A stretch of 64,000 nt of DNA. Origin: Mytilus edulis (Eukaryota). Under the pieces are notes generated by a model that ran no database searches, was not told the origin of the DNA, and saw only the letters and a program-made list of their open reading frames with translations. A program made the translations under genes and the position numbers. Of the stretch, positions 32,786 to 47,091 are shown piece by piece; positions within the stretch are counted from its first letter, which is position 1; each line of letters begins with the position of its first letter. The stretch covers positions 3,658,001-3,722,000 of the forward strand of contig NC_092356.1 of NCBI RefSeq assembly GCF_963676685.1. The letters are read 5' to 3'.

Positions 32786-33756
32786 GTCTACTGTTAAAGA
32801 CTGAATAAAGCTCCTAGATTTTGATTGATTTTCTTTGTCGTTTGGTTGCTTACTTTAAATTGCCATACATTTACATGCATGTAATTTATTATTATTAATA
32901 GGAATGACACACTTTTATGTGGATCAATTGGATTAAATTTTTATCAAGATTAACATTAAAGTTAGTTAGGGGTACTACTTGTATAAAGTTATTTTTATTT
33001 ACTTGAAGAAGTGTAAAAAATATACACATATAAGTTAATAAATAATGTTTGAATAATCTCCCCTTAATTTTCTCAAAAATTTACTTGTACAAGTAAATTT
33101 TTCTAACAATCCCACAAAGGTCATCAAGTTTTGAGATGTAAATTGATGCCTTTAATGATTTTTCCCAGGTTTGCTCAATTTTTTTATTAAGAGTTAAATG
33201 TTTCATCTCATTAATTCAACAAAGAAACTGATTGCACAAAGATCTTAAGTATTTGCACAAGGCCTTCAAAAATTGCTCCTTGGGGGCTTGTAAATGAGCA
33301 GTGTTCTGAAGATAACAGACAAATGGGATTTTCATTGTCCATGAAATTACACTTAAATGATTAGTATAGACATCTGCAAAGGGCAGATAATTTAAAATTC
33401 TATTAGAGCAAAGATTCATAAGATCAATAATAGAAGATAGGATGACTTTTTATACGACCTCAAAAATTGAAAATTTGTTCGTCGTATATTGCTATCAAGT
33501 GGTGTCGTTGTCTTCGTCGTCGTCGTCAGAATACTTTTAGTTTTCACACTCTAACTTTAGTAAAAGTGAATAGAAATCTATGAAATTTAAACACAAGGTT
33601 TATGACCACAAAAGGAAGGTTGGGATTGATTTTGGGAGTTATGGTTCCAACAGTTTAGGAATAAGGGGCCAAAAAAGGGCCCAAATAAGCATTATTCTTG
33701 GTTTTTATACGACCGCTAAAATTGAAAAATTTTTCGTCGTATATTCTTTTTTTACA

Positions 33757-36700
33757 TTTTTAGCTCACCTGGCCCGAAGGGCCAAGTGAGCTTATGCCAT
33801 CACTTGGCATCCGTCGTCTGTTGTGGTCGTCGTCTGTCGTCGTAAACTATTTCAAGAATCTTCTCCTCTGAAACTACTAGGCCAAATACTTCCAAACTTT
33901 AACTGAATGTTCCTTAGGGTATCTAGTTTATAAATTGTATCCGTAGTTTTGATTTATCAACAAACATGGTCGCCATTGCTAAAAATAAAACATAGGGGTC
34001 AAATGCAGTTTTTTGGCTTATATCTCAAAAACGAAAGCATTTAGGGCAAATCTGACATGGAGTAAAAATGTTTATTAGATTAGGTCAAGATCTATCAGCC
34101 CATTGTTGGGTTGCTGCCACTTAATTGGTAATTTTAAGGAAATTTTGCAGTTTTTATACGACCGCAAATTTTGAAAAAATTTTCGTCGTATATTGCTATC
34201 ACGTTGGCGTCGTCGTCGTCGTTGTCGTCGTCCGAATACTTTTAGTTTTCGCACTCTAACTTTAGTAAAAGTGAATAAAAATCTATGAAATTTTAACACA
34301 AGGTTTATGACCATAAAAGGAAGGCTGGTATTGATTTTGGGAGTTTTGGTCCCAACATTTTAGGAATTAGGGGCCAAAAAGGGCCCAAATAAGCATTTTC
34401 TTGGTTTTCGCACTATAACTTAAGTTTAAGTTAATAGAAATCTATGAAATTTTGACACAAGGTTTATGACCACAAAAGAAAGGTTGGGATTGATTTTGGG
34501 AGTTTTGGTTTCAACAGTTTAGGAATTAGGGGCCAAAAAAGGGCCCAAATAAGCATTATTCTTGGTTTTCGCACAATAACTTTAGTTAAAGTAAATAAAA
34601 ATCAATGAAATTTAAACACAATGTTTATGACCACAAAAGGAAGGTTGGTATTGATTTTGGGAGTTTTGGTCCCAACAGTTTAGGAATTGGGGGCCAAAAA
34701 GGGACCCAAATAAGCATTTTTCTTGGTTTTCGCACCATAGCGTTAGTATAAGTAAATAGAAATCTATGAAATTTAAACACAAGGTTTATGACTATAAAAA
34801 GAAGGTTGGTATTGATTTTGGGAGTTTTGGTCCCAACAGTTAAGGAAAAAGGGGCCCAAAGGGTCCAAAATTAAACTTTGTTTGATTTCATCAAAATTGA
34901 ATAATTGGGGTTCTTTAAATATGCCGAATCTAACTGTGTATTTAGATTCTTAATTTTTGGTCCCGTTTTCAAATTGGTCTACATTAAGGTCCAAAGGGTC
35001 CAAAATTAAACTTAGTTTGATTTTAACAAAAATTGAAACCTTGGGGTTCTTTGATATGCTGAATCTAAAAATGTACTTAGATTTTTGATTATTGGCCCAG
35101 TTTTCAAGTTGGCCCAAATCGAGGTCCAAAATTAAACATTGTTTGATTTCATCAAAAATTGAATAATTGGGGTTCTTTGATATGCTAAATCTAACTGTGT
35201 ATGCAGATTCTTAATTTTTGGTCCAGTTTTAAAATTGGTCTAAATTAAAGTGCAAAGGGTCCAAAATTAAACTAAGTTTGATTTTAACAAAAATTAAATT
35301 CTTGGGCCTCTTTGATATGCTGAATCTTAACATGTACTTAGATTTTTGATTATGGGCCCAGTTTTCAAGTTGGTCCAAATCAGGATCTAAAATTATTATA
35401 TTAAGTATTGTGCAATAGCAAGTCTTTTCAATTGCACAGTATTGTGCAATGGCAAGAAATATCTAATTTCACAATATTGTGAAATAGCAAATTTTTTTTT
35501 AATTAAGAGTTATCTTTCTTTGTCCAGTATAGTAAGCAAGAAATATCTTATTGCAAGAATTTTTTTTAATTGGAGTTATCTTTCTTTGTCCAGAATCAAC
35601 TTAAATCTTTGTTATATACAATATACAATGTATATTCACTTTTTACTACCAACTGATAAATTTAAATAATCTTTACCATTCAGTGATAACAAGCAGTTTT
35701 TTTACATCTTAATATTTCATGATGTATTTAAATGAGTAGTAATTGTTGCAAACTCCATTAGAATATTTTAATTAAAATTAGTTTTGGAATAAGGGAAAGG
35801 GGGATGTGATTAAAAAATTGGGTTCGATTTTTCTCATTTGAAATTTCATAAATAAAATAAAAAGAAAATTTCTTCAAACATTTTTTTGAGAGGATTAATA
35901 TTCAACAGCATAGTGAATTGCTCTAAGAGAAAACAAAAATTTTAAGTTCATTTGAATACATTCATTCTGTGTCAGAAACCTATGCTGTGTCAACTATTCA
36001 ATCACAATCCAAATTTAGAGCGGAATCCAGCTTGAATGTTGTGTCCATACTTGCCCCAACTGTTCAGGGTTCAACCTCTGCGGTCGTATAAAGCTACGCC
36101 CTGCGGAGCATCTGGTTGGTCATTATCTTGAATATTATCATGGATAAAGATAAACTGTAAACAGCAAAAATGATCAGCAAAGTAAGAGCTACAAATAAGT
36201 AAATATGACACAAATTGTCAATTGACCCCTTTAGGGGTTATTGTCCTTTAATGACAATTTTTCACAATTTGTTCATCATATTTGCTAACTTTAAAAAATC
36301 TTCTCCTCTAAAACTACTCAACCAAATTCAACCAAACTTCAACTGAATTATCAGTAGGGTGTATAAAATAAAGTTTGTGTTTTATTTTCTATTTCGTCAA
36401 AAAATATGTCCGTCATGGCGAATAATAGAACACAGGGTAAAATGCAGTTTTTGGCTTATATCTCAAAAACTCCAACATTTAGAGCAAATAAGACAAGAAG
36501 TAAAAGTATTTATTAGGTCAAGGTCTACCTGTCCTGAAATTTTCAGCTGAATTGGGTAACTGTTTTTTCAGGTATAATGCCCCTGAATTGATGATTTTAA
36601 AGAAATTTTGCCGTTTTTGGTTATTATCTTGAATATTATTGATACAGATAAACTGTTAATAGCAAAAATGTTAAGCAAAGTAAGATCTACAAATAAGTCA

Positions 36701-37087
36701 ATTTGACCAAAATTGTCAATTGACCCCTTAAGGAGTTATTGCCCTTTATAGTCAATTTTAAACAATTTTCATAAATCATGTTGACTTACTTTAAAAAATC
36801 TTCTCCTTTGAAACTGCTGTATCAATTTCAGCCAAACTTAGGCTAAATGAGTTTCAGAGTATCTAGTATAAATTTTATATTTTATTTCCTTGTATGTCAA
36901 GAAACATTTTTTTTTTAGCTCCTATGGCTAAAATAGAACATAGGAGAAAATGATTTTTTTTTGCTTTTGAAGAAAATAGGACGATTCAAAGAACATTTAA
37001 ATAAATTGAAAAGCCAAAATAATCATTGATGAGAGATTTAACCAAAAAAATTAAGGTGAGCGATTCAGGCTCTTGAGAGCCTCTTGT
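33757..37087 (+). mobile_element. Helentron/HINE-like element hosting a nested insertion
   Basis: Starts TTTTAGCTCACCTGGCCCGAAGGGCCAAGTGAGC; ends AGGTGAGCGATTCAGGCTCTTGAGAGCCTCTTGT (subterminal inverted repeat plus hairpin). Confidence 0.7.
34151..36117 (+). mobile_element. Nested Helentron/HINE-like element with ~160-bp and ~130-bp tandem arrays
   Basis: TTTTTATACGACCGC start, GTC microsatellite, GCGGTCGTATAAA plus hairpin end; inserted in a T-run without TSD. Partial copies at 33447-33745 and 43880-44270. Confidence 0.75.
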
Positions 37088-37095
37088 AATATTTT

Positions 37096-37707
37096 ATGAT
37101 GTATTTAAATGATCATAAAATGAAAGCAAGTATTTCGGAAGAACTCATCACCCGCTTTAAACCGTATGACATTGAAACTGCATCTACACAGCATGCTTTA
37201 GCGTCCTTACTTGATCCGAGGCATAGAACACTTAACTTTTTCTCCCCAGAACAAAAAAAAGTCGCCATTGAAATGTTAGAGTCCAAGTTAGACGATGTGC
37301 CATTAAAGCCCGCAGTTAAAACGTCATGAAAAAACCTTGGAACTGAAGTTGACAAGCAACCAGCCAAGAAACAAAGAGTCCAACGATCTTTGGACTTTCT
37401 TTTGTTTGACACCGACGAAGATACATCCTTTCAAGATGAATCGGAAATGTCCTTATACATCAAGGAGCGTGCTGTGCAAGATTCAAACCCACTCGAGTGG
37501 TGGAAAGAAAATAATTGTAAATTCCCCAGACTCTTTGTGTTAGCTAGACAATATTTAAGTATTCCTGCTACCTCTGTTCCGTCAGAACGAATCTTTTCAT
37601 GCGCGGGTCTCATTGTTACTAAACTGAGAAATCGACTATCTTCCTCTGTAATCGACCAGATAATATTCCTGAATAAAAACTATGTACCCGAGGAAAAATG
37701 TGAATAA
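37096..37707 (+). pseudogene. hAT transposase 3' remnant (C-terminal dimerisation domain)
   Basis: ASLLDPRHR; NPLEWWK...FPRL..LARQYLSIPATSVPSERIFSCAG...RNRLS; broken frame near 37329; 5' part absent; ACCGGTTAACCGG subterminal repeats at 37903-37950. Confidence 0.9.
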
Positions 37708-40404
37708 CTCTTCTTTCGTTCTTTCTAAATGTACATACTTATAAATTTGTTTTTTTTGTAATTTATTACATATTGAAATCCTAATTGTGTTAGTGTTTGC
37801 ATTATTGTGTTATAATACCCTGGGATAAATGTCAATTTATTGTATCATAAAACCAGTCATTCGTGAAGTACTTTGTATAAGACTTTGAACATCAACGTAA
37901 CTACCGGTTAACCGGTTAATCGGTCGAACGATTATTCGGTTAACCGGTTAGGCATAATACTTAATATGAAGATTTTGTTTGAGAAATGAAATACACGTAA
38001 TTGTAAATACTAAGATTGGTGAGATCAAAGAGTATCATAGAAAATAAGTGAATTTTTACAGATCTGAGCTAGGACTTAAGGGTTCAGAGCTAAAAGGGGC
38101 TAAAACGGACTTCTCTTTTTTTTTCATGAAATTTATATTTTTCATCTTATTTTCATTTTGATTTTTTCATTGTTTTCCTTATGAACTTCTGCACTGATAG
38201 AGTCTCGAAGGATTTAACGTAGCTTGTACCGTTTCCGAGCTATTTGGGGCCAAAGTGGTGCTCAATCCCAAAAAACAAACTTTTTTATTTCTCGTCCAAT
38301 TTCAAAGGTTTTTTTTTTCTTTAGAGTCCTTATGAAATTTCCAACAGAGAATTTTAGCTAGGACTTGCAGTTTTTCCAACCTATTAAGGGCCAAAGTGGT
38401 GCTTTTTAGTACTAATGAAATTTCTGTGTCCAGCAAATTACTGTGTCAAACATATTATTGTGTCCACTTTAGAAGTGTGTCAACACTTGTCGATCATTGC
38501 GGTCATATCATGGTGCACTCGGCCAAGCTCTTTATTCTTGTATGTCGTTCATGAATTCAAAAATGCTTCATCCAATTGAACTGAAATTTTAAAATTAGGC
38601 TGGTAATGTCTGGTTACCTTTTTTTTTTCCAATTTTGCGATGTGTCCAGAGTTATGGGACTTTGATTTTTAAAAAAATGCCATATTTCTTGAATGTCGTA
38701 CAGTAACTCAAAAATGCTTCATCTGATTAATCCGAAAATTTTAAAGAGAAAAGATTCCTGCATGGGATGATATAGTTTTTTGACAGAGAGTTTTATTCCA
38801 AAGTACAGAAATTTTGCTCTAAAAGTTGGGTAATTTTTGTTTTTATAGAAATCTACCGCAGAATTTTTCACTTCATGACGCAATTTCACGCCTACCAATC
38901 TCTCTCATTCACCACCAAATGTGATGCAAAGAAATTAATGAGAGAGACATCCGGAGCTGAATGAGAGAGATACATTTTAGATCAATTAGAGGTAAGTGTG
39001 TAAATTAAAACCTCTTACTCAAATTGTTTTAAAAATCAGAGAATGCTATTCTGTGGCAAATTCATTTCTCTATACTATCACGTGAAATGACTGTTTCAAG
39101 TTTCAGTTATACATCAAAACCTGAAATCGTCTTTCTGGAGACCTTAATTATCATGTTTACCTGAATCAGTCGACATTGCAAAAGCAATGCGGTGTCTGCC
39201 TTTTTGATTTTTCTCTATTTTCGGTATAACTTTACCATTTGCATCTCAATTTGTAAAAATAGAGGAAGAATACCTGGAGTGTTTTTTATAATATGGTTTT
39301 ATTTTTCCAATGGTGTATATGATCAGTATTTTCAAATTTGCTCATTGATAAAGGTAACTTTTGCATGAATGGTGACTTGGCTTAGAACGGCATAGGCATG
39401 AATAAAAAACGGTCATAATACAAGACACAAATTCACTGTGGTCACCTCAAGTTTTTCAACAGGGTATCAAGCTCTGAATGACCCCGACAAGATTTAAAAA
39501 AAATATATATCGAACAGTATAACACATTAGTTTGTCACAACATCAACAAACATACAAAATAGAACTACTAAATGTACCCATGGCCAATATTTTCCTGCCT
39601 TTGAACTGGTGCATATGCATGCGAGGGGTTAGACAGATGTGGCCTTTGGAAAAATAAATCCATACTATAAAAATTCGTTAAGGTTCCATGGAATCAGTGA
39701 TAACATGTAACTCTTAATTTGTTGATCTTCAAAAACTGTCCTGAAGAAAAATGTTCCCCACCTCATAATACTTAATAAGAGTCTCTGATGACGGAAAGAT
39801 TTACAACAGACTGTACCAGAATGTAAATTGACAAAAAATAAGTCTTATTATCAATCAATTTTGGAAAAATCTATATTGTTGTTAAATTTTGATAAAAACA
39901 CTGTACTTTTATCACTAAAAGCTTTGGTACTAGTTTCAGTTAGTTTCATGAAGGTTTGATATAAATATTGATAATTAAAAACTTTAACAATACACTACCC
40001 TTTAATGTGAAATGCAAAAAAAAAAATTAAAAAAAAACAAACCTAAGTCCATTTATCAGTACATTGTGGAAAAATAGATAAATATTTTTAGGTACAATTT
40101 CTTGATCATAAAGGTGCCTCGATCCAATTTAGAAGGAATTCCAAAGAGACATGCCGATAAAGTAAACGATGTTTAAAGAACTTTAACTACAGACTGAACC
40201 TAAATGTAAAGTGCAAAAAACTTATTCCAATTACCAGTGAAATTCAGAAAGAAAATCTTTTTTTTTTCTCAAAATTTAGTTTTGAAACATGCTATATCTC
40301 TTGATCATGAAGAAGCTGCTATCCAAGTTTCAAATGATTTGATTAAGATTTGATGAAGTCATTGATGTTTGAAATTTTTTTTAACCATAGCGTGTACAAA
40401 AGAA

Positions 40405-40922
40405 TGTAGGACAGAAAGTCACAGGACAAAAAGTCACAGACAAAAAGTCACGGACAAAAAGTCACAGGACAAAAAGTCACAATTTAGTTTTTAGAATATT
40501 TTTCTTTATAAAGCAAGAAAAAATAATTTAAAAAATAAAAGTTTTGTTTTTTTCTTGAAGTGTTAAACTTAAAGCAACTTTGTAATTAAAAATTATTCAA
40601 TAAATATCAATAATGATCAAATAATTGTTATGAAAACAAGATGTCATCATGACATGGTACTTAAATGGCTTCATGGTGCCAAGAAATATAATTTTTGAAT
40701 GATTAAAATTTACTATTTTTTTATTTAACAAAGCTTATGAACAATGTCCTACACTTCAAAATGAATAGATGTAATAAAAAGATAATATTTCAAGATCTTT
40801 CTTTTATATATTCAAACAATTGTCGAAGGATTAATTGTGACTTTTTGTCCTGTGACTTTTTGTCCTACCTAATTTGTGACTTTATGTCCTGTGACTTTTT
40901 GTCCTGTGACTTTCTGTCCGAT
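40405..40922. mobile_element. MITE with inverted GGACAAAAAGTCAC subterminal arrays
   Basis: About five GGACA(G/A)AAAGTCAC units on the left and GTGACTTTTTGTCC units on the right. Confidence 0.8.
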
Positions 40923-42730
40923 TGGGATTGGGATTGATACACTTTAATAGAACAAGGACTTGTATAGGCTGTTTAGCATTAGTTTTTTAATTTTTGAAGT
41001 TGAAAATTATGTTACAGGGCACAAAGGTATCTTTAAATTTATTTCTTACTGAAAATCTAAAGCTATTAAACCATTGATGTGGGTTATACATCCAGTGAGT
41101 GGGAAGATGATGATCTCAGAGGTAGAGATTAACTTATAAAGATCAGTAGCCAGCTGGGCTACGAGACCTGAAAATTGCGCTTTTTGTTCAGAAATGGCGC
41201 ATAGAGTGACACATGTAAGCTCCCACATGGCGCACAATATGTTTCATTTTGTATCTAAATGTTAAGATATTGTAAAATGGATATGATATATAATATATAA
41301 AACACCCGGCCCATTGAACCTTTTACTTTCAATTCAATATCAATGTTCTAATATCACATACTACATGCAATAAATCAACTATATTTGGTGTATGGACAGT
41401 GTTCAAGCTAGTCCTTTTCACAGGGCGGTCCACCCGCCCTTACCCGAGTGCCGCCCTGTGCCCTTTGTACAGTTTCCAGGGCGCCCTGCCTTTTTTTGAA
41501 GATGGATTGTATATTATTTTGTTCGTATTGATATGATCCGCCAATAACGAAATTTTACCTGGCTTTCTTTACGACTCCAAGCTAATCAACAGTAACATCA
41601 GGTGTCACAATCTGTTGTTCTAGGTTATCCGTTTATTGGATGGGTCATTAATGATCATCAACATTAATTCATTCAAATAGAATCGGTCCTGCTTCAGGTT
41701 AAAGTTTTTGGTCAAGGTATAGTTTTTGATGAAGCTGAAGTCCAATCAACTTGAAGCTTAGTACACTTGTTGCTTATCATATGATCTTTCTAATTTTAAA
41801 GCTAACTCAGACTTTTGACCCAAATTGCATGGTCCACATGAAATAGTACATAGTACACATGTTCCCTTTGATATGATCTTTCCAATTGTAATGCCAAATT
41901 AGATTTTTTACCCCCTTTTTTAATGGTTCACTAAACATAGAAAATGATAGTGCGAGTGGGGCATCCATGTACTATGAACACATTCTTGTTAATACTTATT
42001 TTCACTGTTCACTATATGATCCTAACATTGTGCATTTACAGCTGTTTTTTGCTGTATTGCCATTAAGCACGTGCACAGCAGAGGTAGAACAATCATGCAT
42101 AATACACCAGTTACTTCTAAAAATACAATGACAGCTAATCACCTTAAGACAGTACAACATTTCTTTATACATTATAATTTAAAAGCAGGTAATCCAAACA
42201 TAACATTATACTTAAAACCATTAACAAGGAAACCCTTTTAATTTGTGATCTTCCCTTATATTTCCATTTCCGCTTGTTTTCCCCACTAAAATGTTATAAA
42301 TATAAATAGATTTTCTACACCATGATGTATAACACACCTACCTTTGTTGGGTGAAATCATTATTTCATAAAAAAAAATATGGCAAGAGTTGTACACATGA
42401 GAGCGCTTAGTATACAATTTCCCAAATAGTTCATGTTTCAACGGGCATTATTCTTTTTAAAGTAAGTAATCCACACTGATTTTTGAACTCGTCCAAGATA
42501 AAGCTGATTTAACCTATGAGCCCAAGACATTGCTGATTTAACCTCTGATATAAGTTGTTTCTATGTACCCTTCAAAGCATTGTGTGAGAGGAAAAAAGGC
42601 ATGTGACATATACAATATGTACATGCATGGTAAGCAATGGTAATTAAAAAAAAAACTGTCCACATAATTCGCAAGCCTATACCAATCAATCAAAATCTTT
42701 AGAAAAAATCTAGGACAAGTTTTATGATAA

Positions 42731-42956
42731 ATGGGTCTCATTGGGGTCTAAGCGTGACGCGGGATTGCCGATTATTTTGTAAGCGTGAAACGTGAAAGTC
42801 AAATTATTGTGTCGTGAAAACGGGAAATGAGGTCTAGCGGGATCCAGGAAATGACAAAAAAATGAGAATTGCTTACGTACATAGTGTAAGCGGGAAACGG
42901 GAATGTGACAAAACAGTAAGCGGGATCCGGGATCGGCACACCCCAATGAGACCCCC
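42731..42956. mobile_element. MITE with GGGTCTCATTGGGG TIRs
   Basis: Inverted ends; TGATAA lies on both flanks (possible 6-bp TSD). Confidence 0.7.
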
Positions 42957-45771
42957 TGATAACAAAAAGAATCTGCAGCTTATCGTTCAAACTTTTGAAC
43001 AGGACAGGAGTCAGAAAATGTCTCAAAAGCACATATACTTTAAAAGGGTAAAGAAATAATCTTCTACCAATCTTCTGAAAAACAATATGAACTGACGGCA
43101 ACGCCTATTCACATTAGGAAAAAAACAAATTATACAACGGTATTATATAGTTAACATGGTTAAGAATTAATCTAAGAAAGTTTCAATAAATTCTAAAATT
43201 TTAGAAGAAATGGAGGATACACCATATACACTCCCCATATATAGCAATGAACAGTCAAATATTTGCTAAGCGAAAACCCAATTAATTTGTGGAAGTTTGT
43301 TTGAACGAAATTCATTCACTGGTTTAGAAAAGTATATTTACGCAAAAAAGAAGCAGTTGGTACATATAGCAAAGAATACAATTTTCTTAAAAAAAGAAGA
43401 GAGGAAACAGCTAGTGCAAACATTTTTAGATATTAGAAAGTTATTAGAATTTCTTTGAGAACAGTGATACTAAGTTGTTAACAGAAATACTTTGTGGTGA
43501 AAGAAATATACACATACTTTGTAAGCAACTGGGATTCTAAGTATTATCATCACAACTTTGGACAGCCTTGGTTTTCTTGAGATACACATCAACACTACTT
43601 CAAGACTGGAAGTGCAAAACTATTCTACCTACATATACCCAGATATGATAAATTAATGTATTGCCATAAATAGTTTGGAAGGCTTTGTCTTCATGAGGTT
43701 CATATTATTTGAACCTAAAGTATAGACCAATTAAATTTTCATACATACTGTAAATCGATGCCTCGTGTAGAGAGTGCTACGGTCACTGCAAGATAAGAAC
43801 CATTGTAACAGCTCTTTGAAGGGTCCATATCCAATTAACCTTCATTTTCCATTTGCAGTCCAAATTGCCTCGAACTTTCAAATCGGTCTACATTAAGGTC
43901 CAAAGGGTCCAAAATTAAACTTAGTTTGATTTTTACAAAAATTGCATTCTTGGGGTTCTTTGATATGCTGAATCTAAACATGTACTTTGATTTTTGATTA
44001 TGGGCCCAGTTTTCAAGATGGTCCAAATCGGGGTCCAAAATTTAACTTTATTTGATTTTAACAAAAATTGAATATATGGGGTTCTTCAATATGCTGAATC
44101 TAATCATGTATTTAGATTTTTAATATTTGGTCCTGGTTATCAAATTGGTCCACATTGAGGTCTAAAAGGTCTAAAATTGACATTATTTGATTTCATCAAA
44201 AATTGAATTCTTGGGGTTCTATGATATGCTGAATCTAACCTTGTATTTAGATTTTGGATATTGGACCATAGACCACATTCATTTGGTATATATTACAGCT
44301 AGGACCTTGGTACTCGTTTAATACATATACATGTACATCTATTGGGAAATATAAATTGACATCAGATTTACACTCAGGGATTTGTGTAACGTAGTAGCAT
44401 ATTAATTTTGTGTTTCTATTTTTTTGGAGGTCAAACGACCCCGATGACTTCCGTACACTATATACAAAATTAATGGCAAATCATCGGCACAGACCTGTCT
44501 AGTGTACAGTCAAGCTATATTTTTATCTATTGTGGTCTATTAGACAGATATTGGTAAATTTATTTTTTCACAAGGGCAAATAAATACACATTTGATATTT
44601 GATTATCAAAAACATCTTCAAATACAGCAAATATGACATGTTGACATGTTGCCACACATTAAAAAATGTTTTTGAAAATTGCTTTACACCTTTTGGGAAA
44701 ATATTGTGTACGCGTTTTTCCAAGGGCAACTAATCTAAACGAACGACCATTCTGCACCTGAACAACCGCTACGGTAAACCGTCAACAAAAAGATGCAAAC
44801 AATTAAATCATTGAACACTGTCATCCTGAAGAATATACTACACTGTCAGTATACAGGACACCAATGTCATTGTGATTTGCACATCTTAAAATTTTCAATT
44901 ATGTTTTATATAGTTTTGTCTGATTGTAGAATATTCTGTACAAAATACCGTCAGACATAGTGAAAAAAATATATGATAGGATATGTCTAAGGCGTTACGC
45001 GCGATATGTTCGTACATGTAAGCGTAACACAACGTCGCGAATATTTCGTAACGTTCAAACCGAAAATTCGACTGAAACGTTGTTTTTAAGCAAGTGCGAC
45101 ATTCTTGTAAGACTCGGCAAAATCGACGGTGCTTTTTAACTACTTATCGAAAATTGATGTATTTCAGTTTTTTGAAAATTTAAGAAAAATAACATTTTAA
45201 AAAATCATAAATTCTACCATTATAAGAGCAGTGATAAGCAAACAATGGACGTAAATTTGAGTTGAGTTCGTTTTTAAGTTAAAAAATGGCGGTGCGACAA
45301 ACTTGTAAGCCTTTGAAAAATCGCTCATAAATTACCATATATCATGTTTCAGGATATTTGTCTTTAAATTCATAAAATTAAGCAAATTAACATTGATGTA
45401 GTAAATACAAATACTACACTTTTTTCATTTTAGATAAATATTTTTTGATTCTCAAATCTGGAATCCCAATTTTTTTTCCCGCGGGACAGATTTGCCCTTT
45501 TAGTATTGAACGCGTTTTTTTTTCTATGACGTCATCATAACGTCATAAAAATGCATAAAGGAATGGAGGAACTATTCTGTTTAATAATGGAAAAACACGT
45601 TTTTCAAAATATTAAATAGTTTTGACGAAAATCATAGTTTAGTGGTTACAATAACTGAAATATGTTACGCGGGACAACCTAAAAATAGCCGTTTTTTTTA
45701 AATGAAGTTTCAACAATTATTTTATTTGTTTTTTATTTTAAAAAATCGTTATTTTTTAAAATACGTACAAT

Positions 45772-46034
45772 GAGGGGGAGGACAGGGGTAAGGGAGACAA
45801 GGAGAAAGGGGGTAGGAGAAAGGAGAAAGGGGGTGGGAGAAAGGAGAAATGGGTAGGAGAAAGGAGAGGAAGGCTGGGAGAAAGGAGAAAAAGTTGGACA
45901 AAAAAATAAAATATGACAAAATAAAATATCTCTCTTTTTTCCGGTAAATTAAAAAAAAAATAAGGAGAAGAGGGGTAGGAGAAAGGAGAAGAGGGGTGGA
46001 AGAAGGGAGAAGGGTACCCCCTGTCCTCCCCCTC
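45772..46034. mobile_element. Purine-rich MITE, copy 1
   Basis: TIR GAGGGGGAGGACAGGGGTA; 6-bp TSD TACAAT. Confidence 0.88.
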
Positions 46035-46793
46035 TACAATAGCAACTACTCAGAAGTTTTATAAATATTTTTCTCTAATTTTTAGTCAATTTATCCCTTT
46101 CTAGTGCACCCATTGTATAAAAAAAATCCACGTGTGCTTCGTTTGATCTCAGTTCTTCATTGGTTAAAATCCGATTATGACGTCGAATTTTCTTGTTTTC
46201 CTCCGAATTTCCTATTGTGACGGCATGAAAAAAAGGCGACCATGCCTGATGACATCACATAGAAAGAACACATCTTTTTGCAGATCAGTCGCAAAGAAGG
46301 AATAAGTTTGCCTGCGTATTGTTAGAAAATCATTAGATAAACAGATTCCACCACCAAATCTCGTGTAATACGATATTTATCCACTCTCGACAGTTAAATT
46401 TTAAATATTTCTTCTTCCGAATACGGGAGTAGACTCCTAGGTAGGAGTGTAAAACGCTCGGCGAGTCTCGGGTTTAGTCGCACACCAGTCGTGTCCAATC
46501 CGGATCTCAAAAACCGATTCCGATATGCAGTTTATTGTATAATAGATACGTCAGCAAAACCAGTGTACACATCATGCACATATTTAATGGATTTGTCATA
46601 AGGCGCTAACAACAAAACGCAACGATAAGAATAGGAAACACAACCATAAAAATAATTATGGAGGAATGGTGAGACAGTGGCGGACCCCTCCCCCCCCCGT
46701 ATTTTCCACCTTTACCAGATGAACCACTTCAGTTGGAAAATCCTCTTGAAGTGTAGAATCCCTTATTGTTGATTATTCACTATTGCCGTATTG

Positions 46794-47091
46794 GAGGGGG
46801 AGGACAGGCGTAAGGGAGACGGGGAGAAAGGGGGTAGGAGAAAGGAGAAAGGGGGTGGGAGAAAGGAGAAAGGGGGTAGGAGAAAGGAGAGGAAGGCTGG
46901 GAGAAAGGAGAAAAAGTTAGAGAAAGGAGAAAAAATAAAATATCTCTCCTTTTAAAATTTTTTCTTATATTTCAAGAAAAAATATCTCAAAAGGAGATGT
47001 TTTATTCTAATGGGAGAAAGGAGAACAGGGGTAGGAGAAAGGAGAAGATGGGTGGGAGAAGGGAGAAGGGTACCCCCCTGTCCTCCCCCTC
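46794..47091. mobile_element. Purine-rich MITE, copy 2
   Basis: Same TIR; 6-bp TSD GTATTG. Confidence 0.88.

Noticed and set aside
41046-41237. Minus-strand exon-like ORF
   Set aside because: No recognisable motif or partner exon.
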